Of a stretch of DNA of 64,000 bases, positions 26,296 through 37,952 are shown piece by piece; position 1 is the stretch's first letter; each line of letters starts with the position of its first letter. Origin of the DNA: Setoptus koraiensis (taxonomy: Eukaryota > Animalia > Arthropoda); NCBI GenBank assembly GCA_048013815.1, contig CM106586.1:1612001-1676000 (forward strand), written 5' to 3'. Both the position numbers and the translations under genes were made by a program. The notes under the pieces were generated by a model. It was not told where the DNA came from and ran no database searches. It was given only the letters and a program-made list of their open reading frames with translations.

Positions 26296-27365
26296 GATGG
26301 TCCCAATTTGTGATCATTGTTGTTAATTGGATGCATTAGATAATGCACCACCGATAATGCGTGCCCATTTCAATTGATTTGAATGGTATGTCGTGGCCGC
26401 TTTGAGTGTGTGTTGCGTCGAGCAAGTCGAGCAATTGTTGCTGTTGTTGTTTGTTGGCTCGCCACATTGCGACAACCAGCAATCAGGCCATCGTGAAATC
26501 CTCAATCTGAAACGAGATTCAGTGTAGTGGCCAACGCACAACGAAACAGTTATCTCTCTCTCTCTCTCTTTCTCTCGGTGTCTGGCTGGCTTGGCGCGCT
26601 TATGCAACGAGTTGCAAGCAGAGAAAATCTCTTTATGTGTGTGTTGTTGCGTAACGCATTAGAGAATGAGCGTCTAATTTGACTAATTCACTCAATCGGC
26701 CTTCGTGCCTTGCCGCCAACTAATTCACTCGAGCCACTACAATAGCCGCCACTACGTTAACTGATGGCCATTTGACCGGCCAGCAGCAACGACGCCGTTA
26801 AAAACGTAACGGAACTCAACAAAACCCCATCCCGTTTTTATCAGGCCAGCTACTCGGCTCAGTGTGGAGTGTGTGGAGTGTGTATCGTCCGCAAGGCGGA
26901 ACACACAACCGGGGCTAGCTAATTCTAATTGGGCGCCCAACCAACATACACTAAAACCATAGATAATAATATCAAGCCGGCGCGACACACTGACAAAATT
27001 TATGGCAGCGTGTTACTCTCTCAACATGGCTCACTAGTAAAATTGTAATTTATGTCTTTTGTTTCAGTTCGCAGGGTCATCTAATTTGGAGCCAATCTAT
27101 AGATTAGCTTCGCATGGGCTTTTATTCGCTCTGTTCCTCTCGAATTTCTCGGTTGTGTCAGTTTTTTGCATGCCCAGTGCCCAGTGCCCAGTGCATCTCG
27201 TGAGCCCGGCGAGCCTTACTCTCCGTTTGTTTGCGCAATCCACACACCAACAATGATACCAACATTCATGCCAACATGTGACGCTAACCACTGATATCCA
27301 ATCTAATCTCACTTGTCTCCTCTTCTACAACCCAAATAAAAAACGCCAACCAAATCCGACGACAG

Positions 27366-27470
27366 GTCGTTGAGCTGCTCAACATGTGCTCTTGTCCGAC
27401 ACAATTTCCCATGGTGCGAATAGCGGACGGAAAGTATCGCGTCGGCGACAAACTAATCATATTTCTGCGG
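27366..27470 (+). CDS. GAS2L: GAS2-like exon 2 (GAR/GAS2 domain, first half)
   Basis: cag|GTC...CGG|gtgagt, 105 nt: VVELLNMCSCPTQFPMVRIADGKYRVGDKLIIFLR, the GAR consensus C.CP.QFPM.+...GKYR+GD. Confidence 0.92.
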
Positions 27471-27690
27471 GTGAGTACACAGCGTTTGTTAACGAGTTCA
27501 CTTTGCTGCAATTGTTAGTCGCACAGCTATTAAAGAGCTATTAATTGCGTCAACATTTTATGCGACCACCAATAATTCATTGTTGCAAATTTTCTCATCT
27601 CTCTCTCTGCCTCTCGTTTTTTCATCTCTCGCTCACTTTCACTGCTTTCGGCGCTGCTGTCGTCACCTCACTTACGACCACCACCGACAG

Positions 27691-27784
27691 ATCTTGCGTA
27701 ACCACATCATGGTTCGGGTTGGAGGAGGCTGGGATACACTAGAGCACTACCTGGACAAGCACGATCCGTGCCGTTGCAAAGCTA
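27691..27784 (+). CDS. GAS2L: GAS2-like exon 3 (GAR domain, second half)
   Basis: cag|ATC...GCT A|gtaagt, 94 nt: [31 protein letters not shown], the hallmark GAR motif [12 protein letters not shown]. Confidence 0.95.
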
Positions 27785-27879
27785 GTAAGTATCTGGTGCC
27801 GCTGAGCAGTGCCCAATGCTCACTCATATTCTATCTGACATTCAACTGACCATTGTATTATTGCATTTATTTCCGCTAG

Positions 27880-28097
27880 GTCATCGTTTCTCAACGGGAG
27901 TGAAGCTGTCTTGCTTTGAGCAACAGCAACAGGCGCTCAGAAGCACGCCAACAATTGCAAACAATCATGCACAAACTAATAGAGACACCAGCATGCAAGT
28001 AACCTATGATAGGACACCGTCTAGGTTGCAAAATATCGACAATAGACCGCGCACCATATCGACATCGGCCTCGCTCGGATGGATTCAGCCCAGTTGA
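27880..28097 (+). CDS. GAS2L: GAS2-like terminal coding exon
   Basis: tag|GT CAT CGT (phase 1, completes Ser), then HRFSTGVKLSCFEQQQQ...LGWIQPS* in the frame of track ORF 27816-28097. Confidence 0.75.
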
Positions 28098-28824
28098 TAT
28101 GAGTAGTGGCAGCAAACACAATACCAATCAACACCAACACAGGCTCTGTCGATAGATCAACGGACCAACAAAGTATTAACAATTATATTAACTTGGCCAG
28201 CACCCATCAGCACCCATCATAAATACATAGAGATACATGTTGTCTGTTGTTGTTGTCGTATCTCTCTCACCAATGGATAATTCTTTCACGGACTTGCAGT
28301 TGTCATTTTTCAGTTTATTTCAAACCATTCATGATCGCCTCGAAATGTCTGCAATCAATTTAGATCAATTTTACAATTGATAGCCATTATTAATACACTA
28401 TTATGTATACACTATGTAGATATCGCTCATGTGACCTAGGCCATTCAGATAATTAGTAGCGGGTTGCTGCTCGTACCAGCGAAATGCGGACAATAGTTTA
28501 GATTTTAATTGTGCCGTTTATTGTTTTGGCATACATAAAGAAGAAATGTTCCTTCTATCACACTAATTGACATTATACTAGCACAATGAACACTTTGAAT
28601 AATATATTTGTACATGTATGGCTGTTCTCACGCCAAAACGTTGATATAATTAATTAAATCCGCATGACCTTACCATGAACATACTCGTTATACTAATTTA
28701 CAATTATGCTAACTCATTTGAGTTTTTCTCATTGACCAGTAATAATAAGAGCGATGAGCTGAAAGTTCTCTCGTGAATGTTCGCCTATCTCACACTAGCT
28801 CTCTTTGATTATCACCCATTTCAG

Positions 28825-29361
28825 ACAGATAAATGCGAGCTGATTATTCACTATCTTTGAGGCCGCCGAACAGACATTTTAGATTGATTTGTTGTCATCT
28901 GGCGCCGGTCCCCAGGCTGGCAGAGCAGGTGATTAATATTGTGATCGCCAACGAAAATGCCGACACATCAAGGATGCTTCTACCAATTGATGGTGAGACT
29001 CGATCAATGATGATATACACTCCACAAGTGCAACCGGCAGGTTGTTGGACCTGACTGACAACTGTGCCGAACACTGGCGATTCTTGCCATTTTGACCTGA
29101 TGATATTGGCGAGTATATTTGCCTGGATACACTGAAAACGACACTCTTTGTCAGTGACAAATTGAATCTAGTAAGTATGGGACGTCACAACAAGTCTCTC
29201 TCGTACCGAATGATGTTTGGCTAAGCGACATCATTTGCGACTAGACAGGATTATATGGGATTTCACTTGATGAGATAAATCTTTTATTGTTTCAGACAGA
29301 AGCTGACTGCTTTGAGGTGCCAGTGCGTGGCAATAAAACTTTTGGATATTGCACTACAATG
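28825..29361 (+). pseudogene. Possible immunoglobulin-domain gene relic
   Basis: Exon-like boundaries (ttcag|28825 ... 29170|gtaagt; ttcag|29296 ... 29361|gtaac). Fragments FVVIWRR and PDDIGEYIC (Ig DxGxYxC motif at 29102-29122) lie in different frames and are interrupted by TGA stops. Confidence 0.3.
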
Positions 29362-29934
29362 GTAACATGGCTGCTTATTGACTAACTGCTCAATGAATGA
29401 GATCATTACGTGATACAATTCATGTAAACCGACAATAACTAGATAATGTGGAATGTGAGTGCTAGACTGGTGCATGTGGGCGCGTAACTCAGCTGAAACA
29501 ATTCATAATTTTTGTTCGAAAGTCCGATGTCCAATTGTTAGTGCATCATAAACTACAAGTTTGCCGATTCAACAAAACTTCAGCTTTAGTACAGGGCCTC
29601 TTCTAGACATTCTCATGTAAACTCATGAGTAAATCACCCTCGCAAAGAGTTTACATTTGCCCCCATTGGGCGAAAATCAGCTCAGTTATAGACCCACCCA
29701 TAGATGCAACTTGGGACCTGCACCCAAAAAACAAACTCATTGAAATTCATAGTTCACGCGTGTGAAGGGCTATTCATCCAACAATGGATATCTGGATATC
29801 TTTGATCCAGGTCAATCCTTTCCATACATATCATCGCCCTATCTTAGATACAATATAAAATTATTGAAACTAAGCAAGCTCGGGTGAACGTGGACGGATG
29901 TTGGACATGTTGATTATTTGTTGATTGTCTCAGC

Positions 29935-31806
29935 TTACCATTGGAAAATGTCTTGGCCATTTTCAATGGATTTTTTTTTATTATTTTTATAAGTGGAGAA
30001 CAGGCATTTTTCATTGACACGCTGCTTTCTACCGCCAGTCATCAAACTAACGACGCACATTATTGTGAGTGTCACAACTAATGATATTGCTGGAACCCAT
30101 AGATAGGACACATCAAAGATGCTCTTAGACGAGGGTGCTACGAAATCAGGGACATCGCCATGAGTTTGATTGTAGAATTCTGGGATACAGCCTGTAGTGG
30201 ATGTTGGCAAATTGATAGGTGGTGTTGCGTATATCTGTTGAGCAATCTGAAATAAAAAGCCAAATATTACTGAAAATGCAATACCCGTTACGACGCCAAT
30301 GGTATTGCAAAATTTGACATGCATTCCTACCACGAAGGCAGCTAAAAAGGGAGATCCTATTGTCGCAAATAGAGTTAGTGCTGTCTCTAGAAGCCTCTCG
30401 ACATAATCGACAGCAAAACTGATCGCGACACATAGTACACAGTAGAAAAAGGCCAAAAATTTGCATATCAACGTAGCTGATCTGTCGCCTATTTGTTTTC
30501 CGCTCAATGGTCTTATAAAATCATCCAATGTTATTGCCGCTAATGAGTTTGCAAACGACGACAAAGTTGACAATGTCGCACTGACTATTCCCGCTATAAA
30601 CAATCCACATAGGCCAGGTATGTTGCTGAGTTCTCTCACTATGTACAGAGGTAATATTGCGTCACCTTTTTGAATTTCCCCAGTGGTGACTGGATTACAA
30701 TCTCTGTATTTGTAATAAACGATGAGACCAGTATAGCCACAAAGTAGATAAATTGCCATTGTCACCAGTGTGGACAATAGCAAGGCAATTTGCGCTTTTC
30801 TCAACGTTGGCAAACAAAATGTTCGTTGCACTTGAATTTGATTGGTTGCGTTCATATAAATATTCAATATGACACAGCCAGTGAGAATATTATATAAGGT
30901 AGTTCTAGTGGACAAGTCAAAATTAAACATGTCGTCTATGTCCAATCTGCCACCCTCTTTCGCCGCTGACCATATGTCCATGAAACCGCCCGGCGAACGG
31001 TAGGTGCCGGCAATGCAAACGACCAACAACGAGACAATCATCATAGAGCCTTGCAATAAATCTGTCCAAATGACGGCTTTTATCCCACCTAATGTGCAGT
31101 ATATGGCACAAGCCGCTCCCACTCCTAAAATTAAATATTCCTTATCCATACCAGTGGTTGCTTGTAGAGCCAAACTAGGCACATATATCACCATTGCATT
31201 GTATAACAGCATCTGAAGGATAAATAGCACCGAAACAAATAATCGCACCTTCTTGTTGAAACGTTCCTCTAGATACTGTCTTAGCATTGAATAGAGCAAT
31301 TGTATACAATACATTGATTAGCTAGACACAGTAAGTCGTCGGTTATTACATGTCTGTCTGTGGGCAATGTAACTTACCTCGTATATGCTCAGATAGTTGC
31401 CCTCGTAGAAGACAGGCACAATTAGAAAGACGGTAATGGGGCTAGCCACCAGAGATCCGAGAGCCATCAGACCATAGAACCAACCCTGAGAGAATACTTC
31501 GTAAGGAGCTGAAACCATTGTGACGCCAGATACAAAACTCGTCATCATGGACATAGCCACTGGCAGTACCCCCATACTCTTGGCACCTGTTGAAAAATCG
31601 TTCGTATGCAGCGCAATCTGGCTGTTGTCATTTTGTCGATACATCTGTACAGTTTTTGAATTTATGAATTAGTATTTGGTTTATTTACCTAACATATAAT
31701 CGGACATGGTTTTGTTTCGGTTGGCGAAATACACTCCAATCATTATACTCATCAAGACCACTGATATGAACACCACAACATCGAGAAATTCCACTTGGGT
31801 CGCCAT
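29935..31806 (-). CDS. SLC5 sodium:solute symporter (SMCT/SMVT-like), ~555 aa; exons 31806-31689, 31586-31378, 31275-29935
   Basis: MATQVEFLDVVVFISVVLMSIMIGVYFANR..DYMLG|AKSMGVLPVAMSMMTSFVSG...SIYE|YLEERF...GGIKAVIWTDLLQ...NQIQVQR...GLFIAGIVSATLSTLSSFANSLAA. Typical SSS-family motifs; GT-AG introns with consistent phases (1, 0). Confidence 0.93.
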
Positions 31807-32473
31807 TATGCGACCTTATGCGATGTTCGCAGCTTCTATTTTTTGCAATTCTCTGAGTATCTATTTGAGATCCGCACCCTCTAAATGATATTGTCATTCT
31901 GGCGTAAAAATTTCAGATGGTAAACTCTTTTTCTCATATACAGAAACTTTTTTCCTTAGTCTTATGACTGCAGGATTACGATATCGCGATGGAATCTATC
32001 CTTTTTTATTAGTCTAGATATTCTGTGCGTAATGTAAGGCAATCACTGATTAAGTGAGAATTGATTTTTATTAACACGGGGCTGCGATGTTGCAATTAAT
32101 TTTTTATAGATAATAATTGAGATTGGCTTATAGACGCCGGCGTTGGTTTAAATATGACATGTACATTAGAACAGATTAGTCAAAAAGTAGGTCGTTTCGT
32201 GCATATTGTTGGACAGGTGAACTGCAGCACTCATTAATAGAATCCAGAATACATTTATGATTGCCGAAATTGAAATATGTGTGTTATAGTATCAAAACTA
32301 AAATGCATTTGGATGGATTTGAATTACTTTAGTGGTCTCTATGTTTCATTGTGTCTGTATGAACCTGTGTAATATAGACTTGATATGGTAGAAGCATTCG
32401 ATCTAAGTTTATGATGGACAAATAATTCATGTATGTGCAACTTATCTTGGATCTCCAATACAATGGTGGTGAC

Positions 32474-33413
32474 TTATGTTGCTGGCAAACTTGTTGCATT
32501 TTTATTATCACTGGCAATATCATTGGTTTTTTGTTCGCCCTGTAATACATTTTTATGACTAAATTCATTGAATGTAGGTCCTTCAGTAGTCTTTTGTCTT
32601 TTCGCTGGAGGTTCATTGTTGCCACTAGTTGCATCGGTTTCGCCGTTTAATCTGTTGCTACAAGTTGAATTAGTGGATCCTTCATCGTTGTTGACGGAAT
32701 CACTATGTGAAGTAGCAGCACTGGAATTGTTTCCAGTTCCTGGCTCGACAGCGCCAACACATATATCGCTCGAACTATTGGGTTGATTGCTGGCTTTTTG
32801 TCGCGTTTCCGTTAGCGTGGAATCACGATCGGTCGTGCTGTGATTAGTGTCAGATTCCTTCTGCTGAGGAGCCGCATCATTGGTAGTGGTGATTTCGGAA
32901 CTAGAACAGTCAATTCGAGTTGCAAGTTGAGAATCATCATCATTGTCGGTCAGTTCCGTTTTGACTAAGCCGTCTTGAACTATTTCATCTGTTTTTGTTG
33001 TCGTGGCAGTAGATGAATCAGTGATGATGTTCTCTTTATTCTGACAGCATTGGATAACCTCGCTTATGATGTGATCGCTATGATTTGATTCTGACTGAAC
33101 GTTAACTGCAGAATTCTGCACCGAAGCTTTGAGGAGATTATCATCGACATTGGGTATCTGTTGCGGGACCCATTTGTAGATTTGCATGGATGTATCGCCT
33201 ATGGTGACCCACTTTTTCTCCCTTTTTCGTGTTATCGATTGAAAAGAGGATAAAGTTAAGGTTTTAGATAATCTAGTTCGGTGATAATGTTAGGTTCGAT
33301 ATGTAGTTTAAAAAAAATACTAACCATTTTCTGACTTTGCCGATGGAATGCATTGCACGCTTAATATCATCTTTGTGTCGACTACGAGTCTCAGCTCTGA
33401 CTGATCGAGACAT
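32474..33413 (-). CDS. BCL7: BCL7-like SWI/SNF (BAF) subunit, 278 aa; exons 33413-33325 and 33221-32474
   Basis: [30 protein letters not shown]|[19 protein letters not shown] is the BCL7 N-terminal signature; phase-2 intron gttagt...aaaag; acidic, low-complexity C-terminus. Confidence 0.95.
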
Positions 33414-33868
33414 GTTGGAGTGGGTGCCACTAACTGCGGAGAGTTCCTGTCGTTAATAAAATAATGACGATATTGAATTACTAATAATAGCACTGTAGAA
33501 AGTATAAGTGTTTAATTAGTGTCCAAGTCCCAGTTGAATAGCTAGAGATCCAATATAATTTTAAAGATTCCTAGACATGCGAGCTAAAGAAAGAGCAAAC
33601 AAACAAAAAATGGCCTGTAATGGGACACTACTGGCAGATTTGCGCGAGATTTGAATGAGTCTTGTAGCACTGCGCATGCTCAGATGAATATCCACATGTA
33701 CTGTCAGTACCCAGTGCATACTAACAGTTGTAAGGCTCAGCCATGTCGTGGTGAAGTTTGTACGTACAATGAACGCGAGGTCAGTATCCTTTATCGCCCA
33801 TGTTACATAACCATTCTCTCGACATCTCGACATAATCATTATAGTGAATTTGAACTATCTTCAAAAAT

Positions 33869-34402
33869 ATGGGTGATGACGACTGGGAAGTTAAGGATGT
33901 TGTGGATGTTAGATTTAACAAAAAGACTGGTGGAATAGAGTACCAGTTAGAATGGGAGAACTGGGATGGCGATCCAACTTGGGAACCAGAGAACAACTGT
34001 GCCTGTCCCGATCTAATACAAAGATTCCAAGAAGCAAATCCGGACAAATGGAGAGAAGTGCAAAGGCAACGCGACATACATTTACTGCCCAGGAGTCCCA
34101 CACCTACAGCTGCACCAGATACTACCACAACTGGGATCTCTCCTACACCTACACCTTCATCTCCAGTCCCAGCTAAGCAAAAGAATGGGTTCCAAAGGAA
34201 GGCCACATTACAGAAGATTTTAGCTGCTGATATGGTTGATAAATATTTGGTTTTTGTTGTCAAATTTGACGATAGGGACGAGCCTGAGATTATAAGAAGG
34301 AAATCTTGTAAAGGAAAGGGTGATCATGTTGATAAATTAGTGCTCAATTTCCTAACGAAGCGACTCACTCCAGTCATCAAACCAAATAATTACAAAATTT
34401 GA
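33869..34402 (+). CDS. HP1/CBX-like protein: chromodomain + Pro/Thr hinge + divergent chromoshadow domain, 177 aa, single coding exon
   Basis: Chromo: DWEVKDVVDVR...EYQLEWENW...TWEPENNCACPDLIQRF. Chromoshadow-like: GFQRKATLQKILAAD...LVFVVKF...LVLNFLTKRL (HP1 GF.RGLE.EKI+GA...VI.FYEERL). Orthology to a specific CBX/HP1 not assigned. Confidence 0.85.
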   Translation: MGDDDWEVKDVVDVRFNKKTGGIEYQLEWENWDGDPTWEPENNCACPDLIQRFQEANPDKWREVQRQRDIHLLPRSPTPTAAPDTTTTGISPTPTPSSPVPAKQKNGFQRKATLQKILAADMVDKYLVFVVKFDDRDEPEIIRRKSCKGKGDHVDKLVLNFLTKRLTPVIKPNNYKI

Positions 34403-34649
34403 TTCATCTAAAATCATTAATACTTGAGTGTTGTCCCCTATTTTGTTTACATAACTCATATCTAGTGAATGTCATTAAAAGCTGCCAGCCCACGGAGGCG
34501 CCCACATTTTTCAATTGAACATTTTTTTGAATTTTGCGCTCACAACTAGAAGTATCACTTATGTCACTTCTTGTATTATTGTTGTCTCCGACATTGACGA
34601 ATTGTTAACCATTTAGGTCAAGTTGTCACGTTCGTCGAGATATTAAAAT

Positions 34650-37600
34650 ATGTGGCCTGTCAAAGTCAGGCTTGTTTCTTGTAAGCACTGCTTCATAGCC
34701 TTACCCAAGAGGTTTGGTAAAGAGAAGATCTCAGGGAATAACCATGAGGTGCAAGTATTCAAACTGGAACACCTAGACGACAAGGATAAAAATATCACCT
34801 ATGTCTCTTGGAATGGTGCAATCTCAACATCAAACGATCACATCGAAATCGATGAAGCATTCGCTAGTGAGAACGGACTGAAGGAAGATCTATTAGTGAT
34901 CTTGAAACTTCTGAAAAATCAGACTGAAGAGCCCGCGAAAGATTGCTCTCAATGCACTGTTGTGACACCATCGATTGACGATTACGAACTGCTAACCAGG
35001 AATGCGGAGCAAGTCGAAAACCTGTTGATTCATAGTATCAGAGTTGTCACAAATAATCTTCGAATACCATTATGGATATTCAATGGAAACATGAAGATCA
35101 TGATCACAGTTGTCAAGATACATCCACAGAGTTCCAATTATGCTATCTTATCTAATAGGACCGAGCTGAATATTCTAGAGTCGCAAAAATCCCCGTCTTA
35201 TGACGCTGCACCCAGTTCCACAAACTCATCGTTGATGCATCCGGCAAAACAGAATGATAATGTGAAAAATCCATCAATCATCTCATCCATGTTTGGAATA
35301 GTCAAATCTTATATCAATGATTCCAACGCGATAGAATCTCCTGCGCCAAGTGTGCCTCAGCCAGATGCTACCTTATCGACTCATTTGAGTTCGGATTATG
35401 AAATAGATGAACGGCCATTTAGGGTTTCGCCACTGAAAGACAGTGTACTTGATCGACGATACCTTTGTTCCATTCTAGTCAACGAGAAAGACATGGTGAC
35501 TAGCTCTATCGGACCAAAGTCAGATGAGATAATATTGGCCACAGTCACAAAGATACTATCTTACAATGAATATTGTCAGCCAACAGACTCCTCTTCAGAA
35601 AGGGAATCTTCCAAGACAAATAGCGGACTTCATGATAATAAAAAATCTCAATTATGCGAGAGTTATTTTCGTTCAACTACTGTTTTAGTTGTAATAGATA
35701 GCGCTTGTGCTCCTGGCACTTGTCAAGTACCATACAACTTAAGGAGAAAACTAGGGCTTACGATAAGTTCAAAAATAAGTATAGGAGCCGCTAAGAAGCT
35801 GAATCTGAGTCCATCAACCACACTGGATGTTACACCTTTAGATGGAACAAATTCATCGACTAAAACTAGCCAAGATATTTGCTCCATGATACTGTCATAC
35901 ATACAAGATGACTTGGCGGACCGGTTCCTTCTTGTAAACAAATTTACATTGATAACTCTAGGAGGGACTGATTACTTGCTAGATGGAATCGCTCATCAGT
36001 CCTCTACTTTGCCCTATATTAGTGAGACTTCTTTGCAGGACCCAAATAATTTAAATTTGAATTCTCCAATGCTTGCTAGAGTAAATACTTCATACGGACT
36101 CAAACTACCACTCAAGACTATCGTAGACATTGATGCGTCTCTTGGCTTTCAATTAAATGATAATTGCAGCGACAAGGTTGATCAAATGAACGATCTAGTT
36201 TATGGGGACATGTACGCTTCTGTCGATCTAATTATAAAGAAGCAACTTCAACTCACAGACAACTGTTTGCGTAGATCGAAGCCATTCGATTATGGACCCA
36301 TATTATTGCATGGACCTAAGAAAAGCGGTAAAACCTTCTTCATCAATAACATTTCAAAATCTCTTCGTCGGTCAAAAGACTTAATATATACTACAATTCT
36401 TCAATTTAAACAATTGCGAGGCAAGCGTGTAGATACTTTTAGGAAGACATTAGTTAAAGTTTTGGCTGAGTCCTACTATCGTCAACCATCGGTTATATTC
36501 TTCGATGATATAGACTCAGTAGTTGGGAAGGACCTCCGGCACGTAGAGGAAAGGGGTCCTGATAGTATGTATAGAAAACGTGTGATAGCCACTTTCATTG
36601 CTACTTTAGCCCAATTAGAACAAAATAATTTGTGCTTCGGAAACAGAGTTGCAATTATAGCCACTTGTTCATCTCTGGAAAATCTGGATGACCAGATAAT
36701 AAATCTCGATGATAGGAATTACTTTACGAATCTGATCGAAATCATTCCCCCAGACATTGAAAGGAGAGTGGAAATCTTGAAGAACCTCATTAATGATCAC
36801 AAAAATATCGAGTGTCTTTTAAACCATAACAACCTGACTAGCATATCAGAGAAATGTGACCTATTTTTACCCCAAGATTTGAAAACACTATTTGAGAGAG
36901 CCATGATACGAGCAGCTTCTCGCGATAGACTTGATTTTGCCACACAAAACAGCATCAATGTAACTCTAAGCGATCTAGAACAATCTTTAGAGGGTTATAT
37001 CCCCATCCGGTTGAGAGGTGTTACTCTGCAAAAGAAATCTGGAAGAGGGCTAAGTCAGATTGGCGGCATGAAAAATGCAAAGGACACACTTATAGCAACA
37101 GTCTTACTTCCCATGAAATATCCAGCCCTGTTTGGCAAATGCCCGATCAAGTTTCAAACGTCTGTACTTCTGTATGGACCTCCAGGTTGCGGCAAGACGC
37201 TAATAGCTGAGGCTATCGCCAATGAGGTATCATTGAATCTCATTTGTGTTCGAGGACCCGAACTACTATCTAAATACATAGGTGCCAGTGAAGCCGCGGT
37301 GAGAGATTTGTTTGATAAGGCAGAAGCAGCTAAACCGTGTATAGTGTTTTTTGATGAATTTGAGTCAATCGCCCCCAAGAGAGGACACGATTCTACAGGT
37401 GTCACAGATAGAGTAGTGAATCAAATGCTCACAATGATGGACGGTTTCGAGGAATTGAGCAAAGGTATATTTATTTTAGCTGCAACTTCACGCCCTGAAC
37501 TTATTGATCCAGCACTGCTCAGACCGGGCCGATTTGATGTGCATGTTTATTGTGGCCTACCAGATGAGTCGGACCGGCTTGAGATTTTAACTATTGTTTG

Positions 37601-37952
37601 TTCTAAGATCAAGATGGACGATGATGTTGATCTCGGTGCTTGGGCAAAAAATACAAATTGCTTCAGTGGAGCTGATTTACAGTCGCTCATTTATTCTGCT
37701 CAACTAGTGTCACTCAATGAGAAAATCGAAAATACATCTATAGAGAACGCTACCGATAAAAAGACGACTACACCAGAGGAACGGAATCTCGTTGAGATAG
37801 TAGTTGCGAACAGGCATTTGGTGGTAGCACTCAATGATTTACGTGATAGTATAATGAAAAACAATTCCATGTATCATATAGAATTTCCTAAGAACTTTCT
37901 CGCATCAACCACACAAACAGGGATGGTATCCTCCAGGGCTACCCTGGCTTAA
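34650..37952 (+). CDS. PEX1: Peroxisome biogenesis AAA ATPase PEX1, single exon, 1100 aa
   Basis: N-domain with ELLTRNAEQVENLLIHSIRVV and W-containing motifs typical of PEX1; degenerate D1 (GPKKSGKT, IFFDDID); canonical D2 (GPPGCGKT, VFFDEFESIAPKRGHDSTGVTDRVVNQMLT, IDPALLRPGRFD); C-terminal SRATLA. Confidence 0.95.
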   Translation: MWPVKVRLVSCKHCFIALPKRFGKEKISGNNHEVQVFKLEHLDDKDKNITYVSWNGAISTSNDHIEIDEAFASENGLKEDLLVILKLLKNQTEEPAKDCSQCTVVTPSIDDYELLTRNAEQVENLLIHSIRVVTNNLRIPLWIFNGNMKIMITVVKIHPQSSNYAILSNRTELNILESQKSPSYDAAPSSTNSSLMHPAKQNDNVKNPSIISSMFGIVKSYINDSNAIESPAPSVPQPDATLSTHLSSDYEIDERPFRVSPLKDSVLDRRYLCSILVNEKDMVTSSIGPKSDEIILATVTKILSYNEYCQPTDSSSERESSKTNSGLHDNKKSQLCESYFRSTTVLVVIDSACAPGTCQVPYNLRRKLGLTISSKISIGAAKKLNLSPSTTLDVTPLDGTNSSTKTSQDICSMILSYIQDDLADRFLLVNKFTLITLGGTDYLLDGIAHQSSTLPYISETSLQDPNNLNLNSPMLARVNTSYGLKLPLKTIVDIDASLGFQLNDNCSDKVDQMNDLVYGDMYASVDLIIKKQLQLTDNCLRRSKPFDYGPILLHGPKKSGKTFFINNISKSLRRSKDLIYTTILQFKQLRGKRVDTFRKTLVKVLAESYYRQPSVIFFDDIDSVVGKDLRHVEERGPDSMYRKRVIATFIATLAQLEQNNLCFGNRVAIIATCSSLENLDDQIINLDDRNYFTNLIEIIPPDIERRVEILKNLINDHKNIECLLNHNNLTSISEKCDLFLPQDLKTLFERAMIRAASRDRLDFATQNSINVTLSDLEQSLEGYIPIRLRGVTLQKKSGRGLSQIGGMKNAKDTLIATVLLPMKYPALFGKCPIKFQTSVLLYGPPGCGKTLIAEAIANEVSLNLICVRGPELLSKYIGASEAAVRDLFDKAEAAKPCIVFFDEFESIAPKRGHDSTGVTDRVVNQMLTMMDGFEELSKGIFILAATSRPELIDPALLRPGRFDVHVYCGLPDESDRLEILTIVCSKIKMDDDVDLGAWAKNTNCFSGADLQSLIYSAQLVSLNEKIENTSIENATDKKTTTPEERNLVEIVVANRHLVVALNDLRDSIMKNNSMYHIEFPKNFLASTTQTGMVSSRATLA

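Larger units (their letters stand above)
7679..27365 (+). other. 19.7-kb intron of the GAS2-like gene
   Basis: Phase-0 donor at 7679 and phase-0 acceptor CAG at 27365 join LHER|VVELLNMCSCP, reproducing the known GAS2 sequence order. Additional alternative exons inside cannot be excluded. Confidence 0.8.

Noticed and set aside
28825-29170. TGA stops as evidence of stop-codon reassignment or readthrough
   Set aside because: Long genes in the window have no in-frame TGA and several end in TGA; the segment also needs frameshifts.
32329-32634. 101-aa ORF overlapping the BCL7 3' end in another frame
   Set aside because: Shadow frame of BCL7 and its 3' UTR; no independent support.
35723-37405. Antisense ORFs inside PEX1 (and similarly inside SLC5, HP1-like and Sp genes)
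   Set aside because: Shadow ORFs of real coding sequence.
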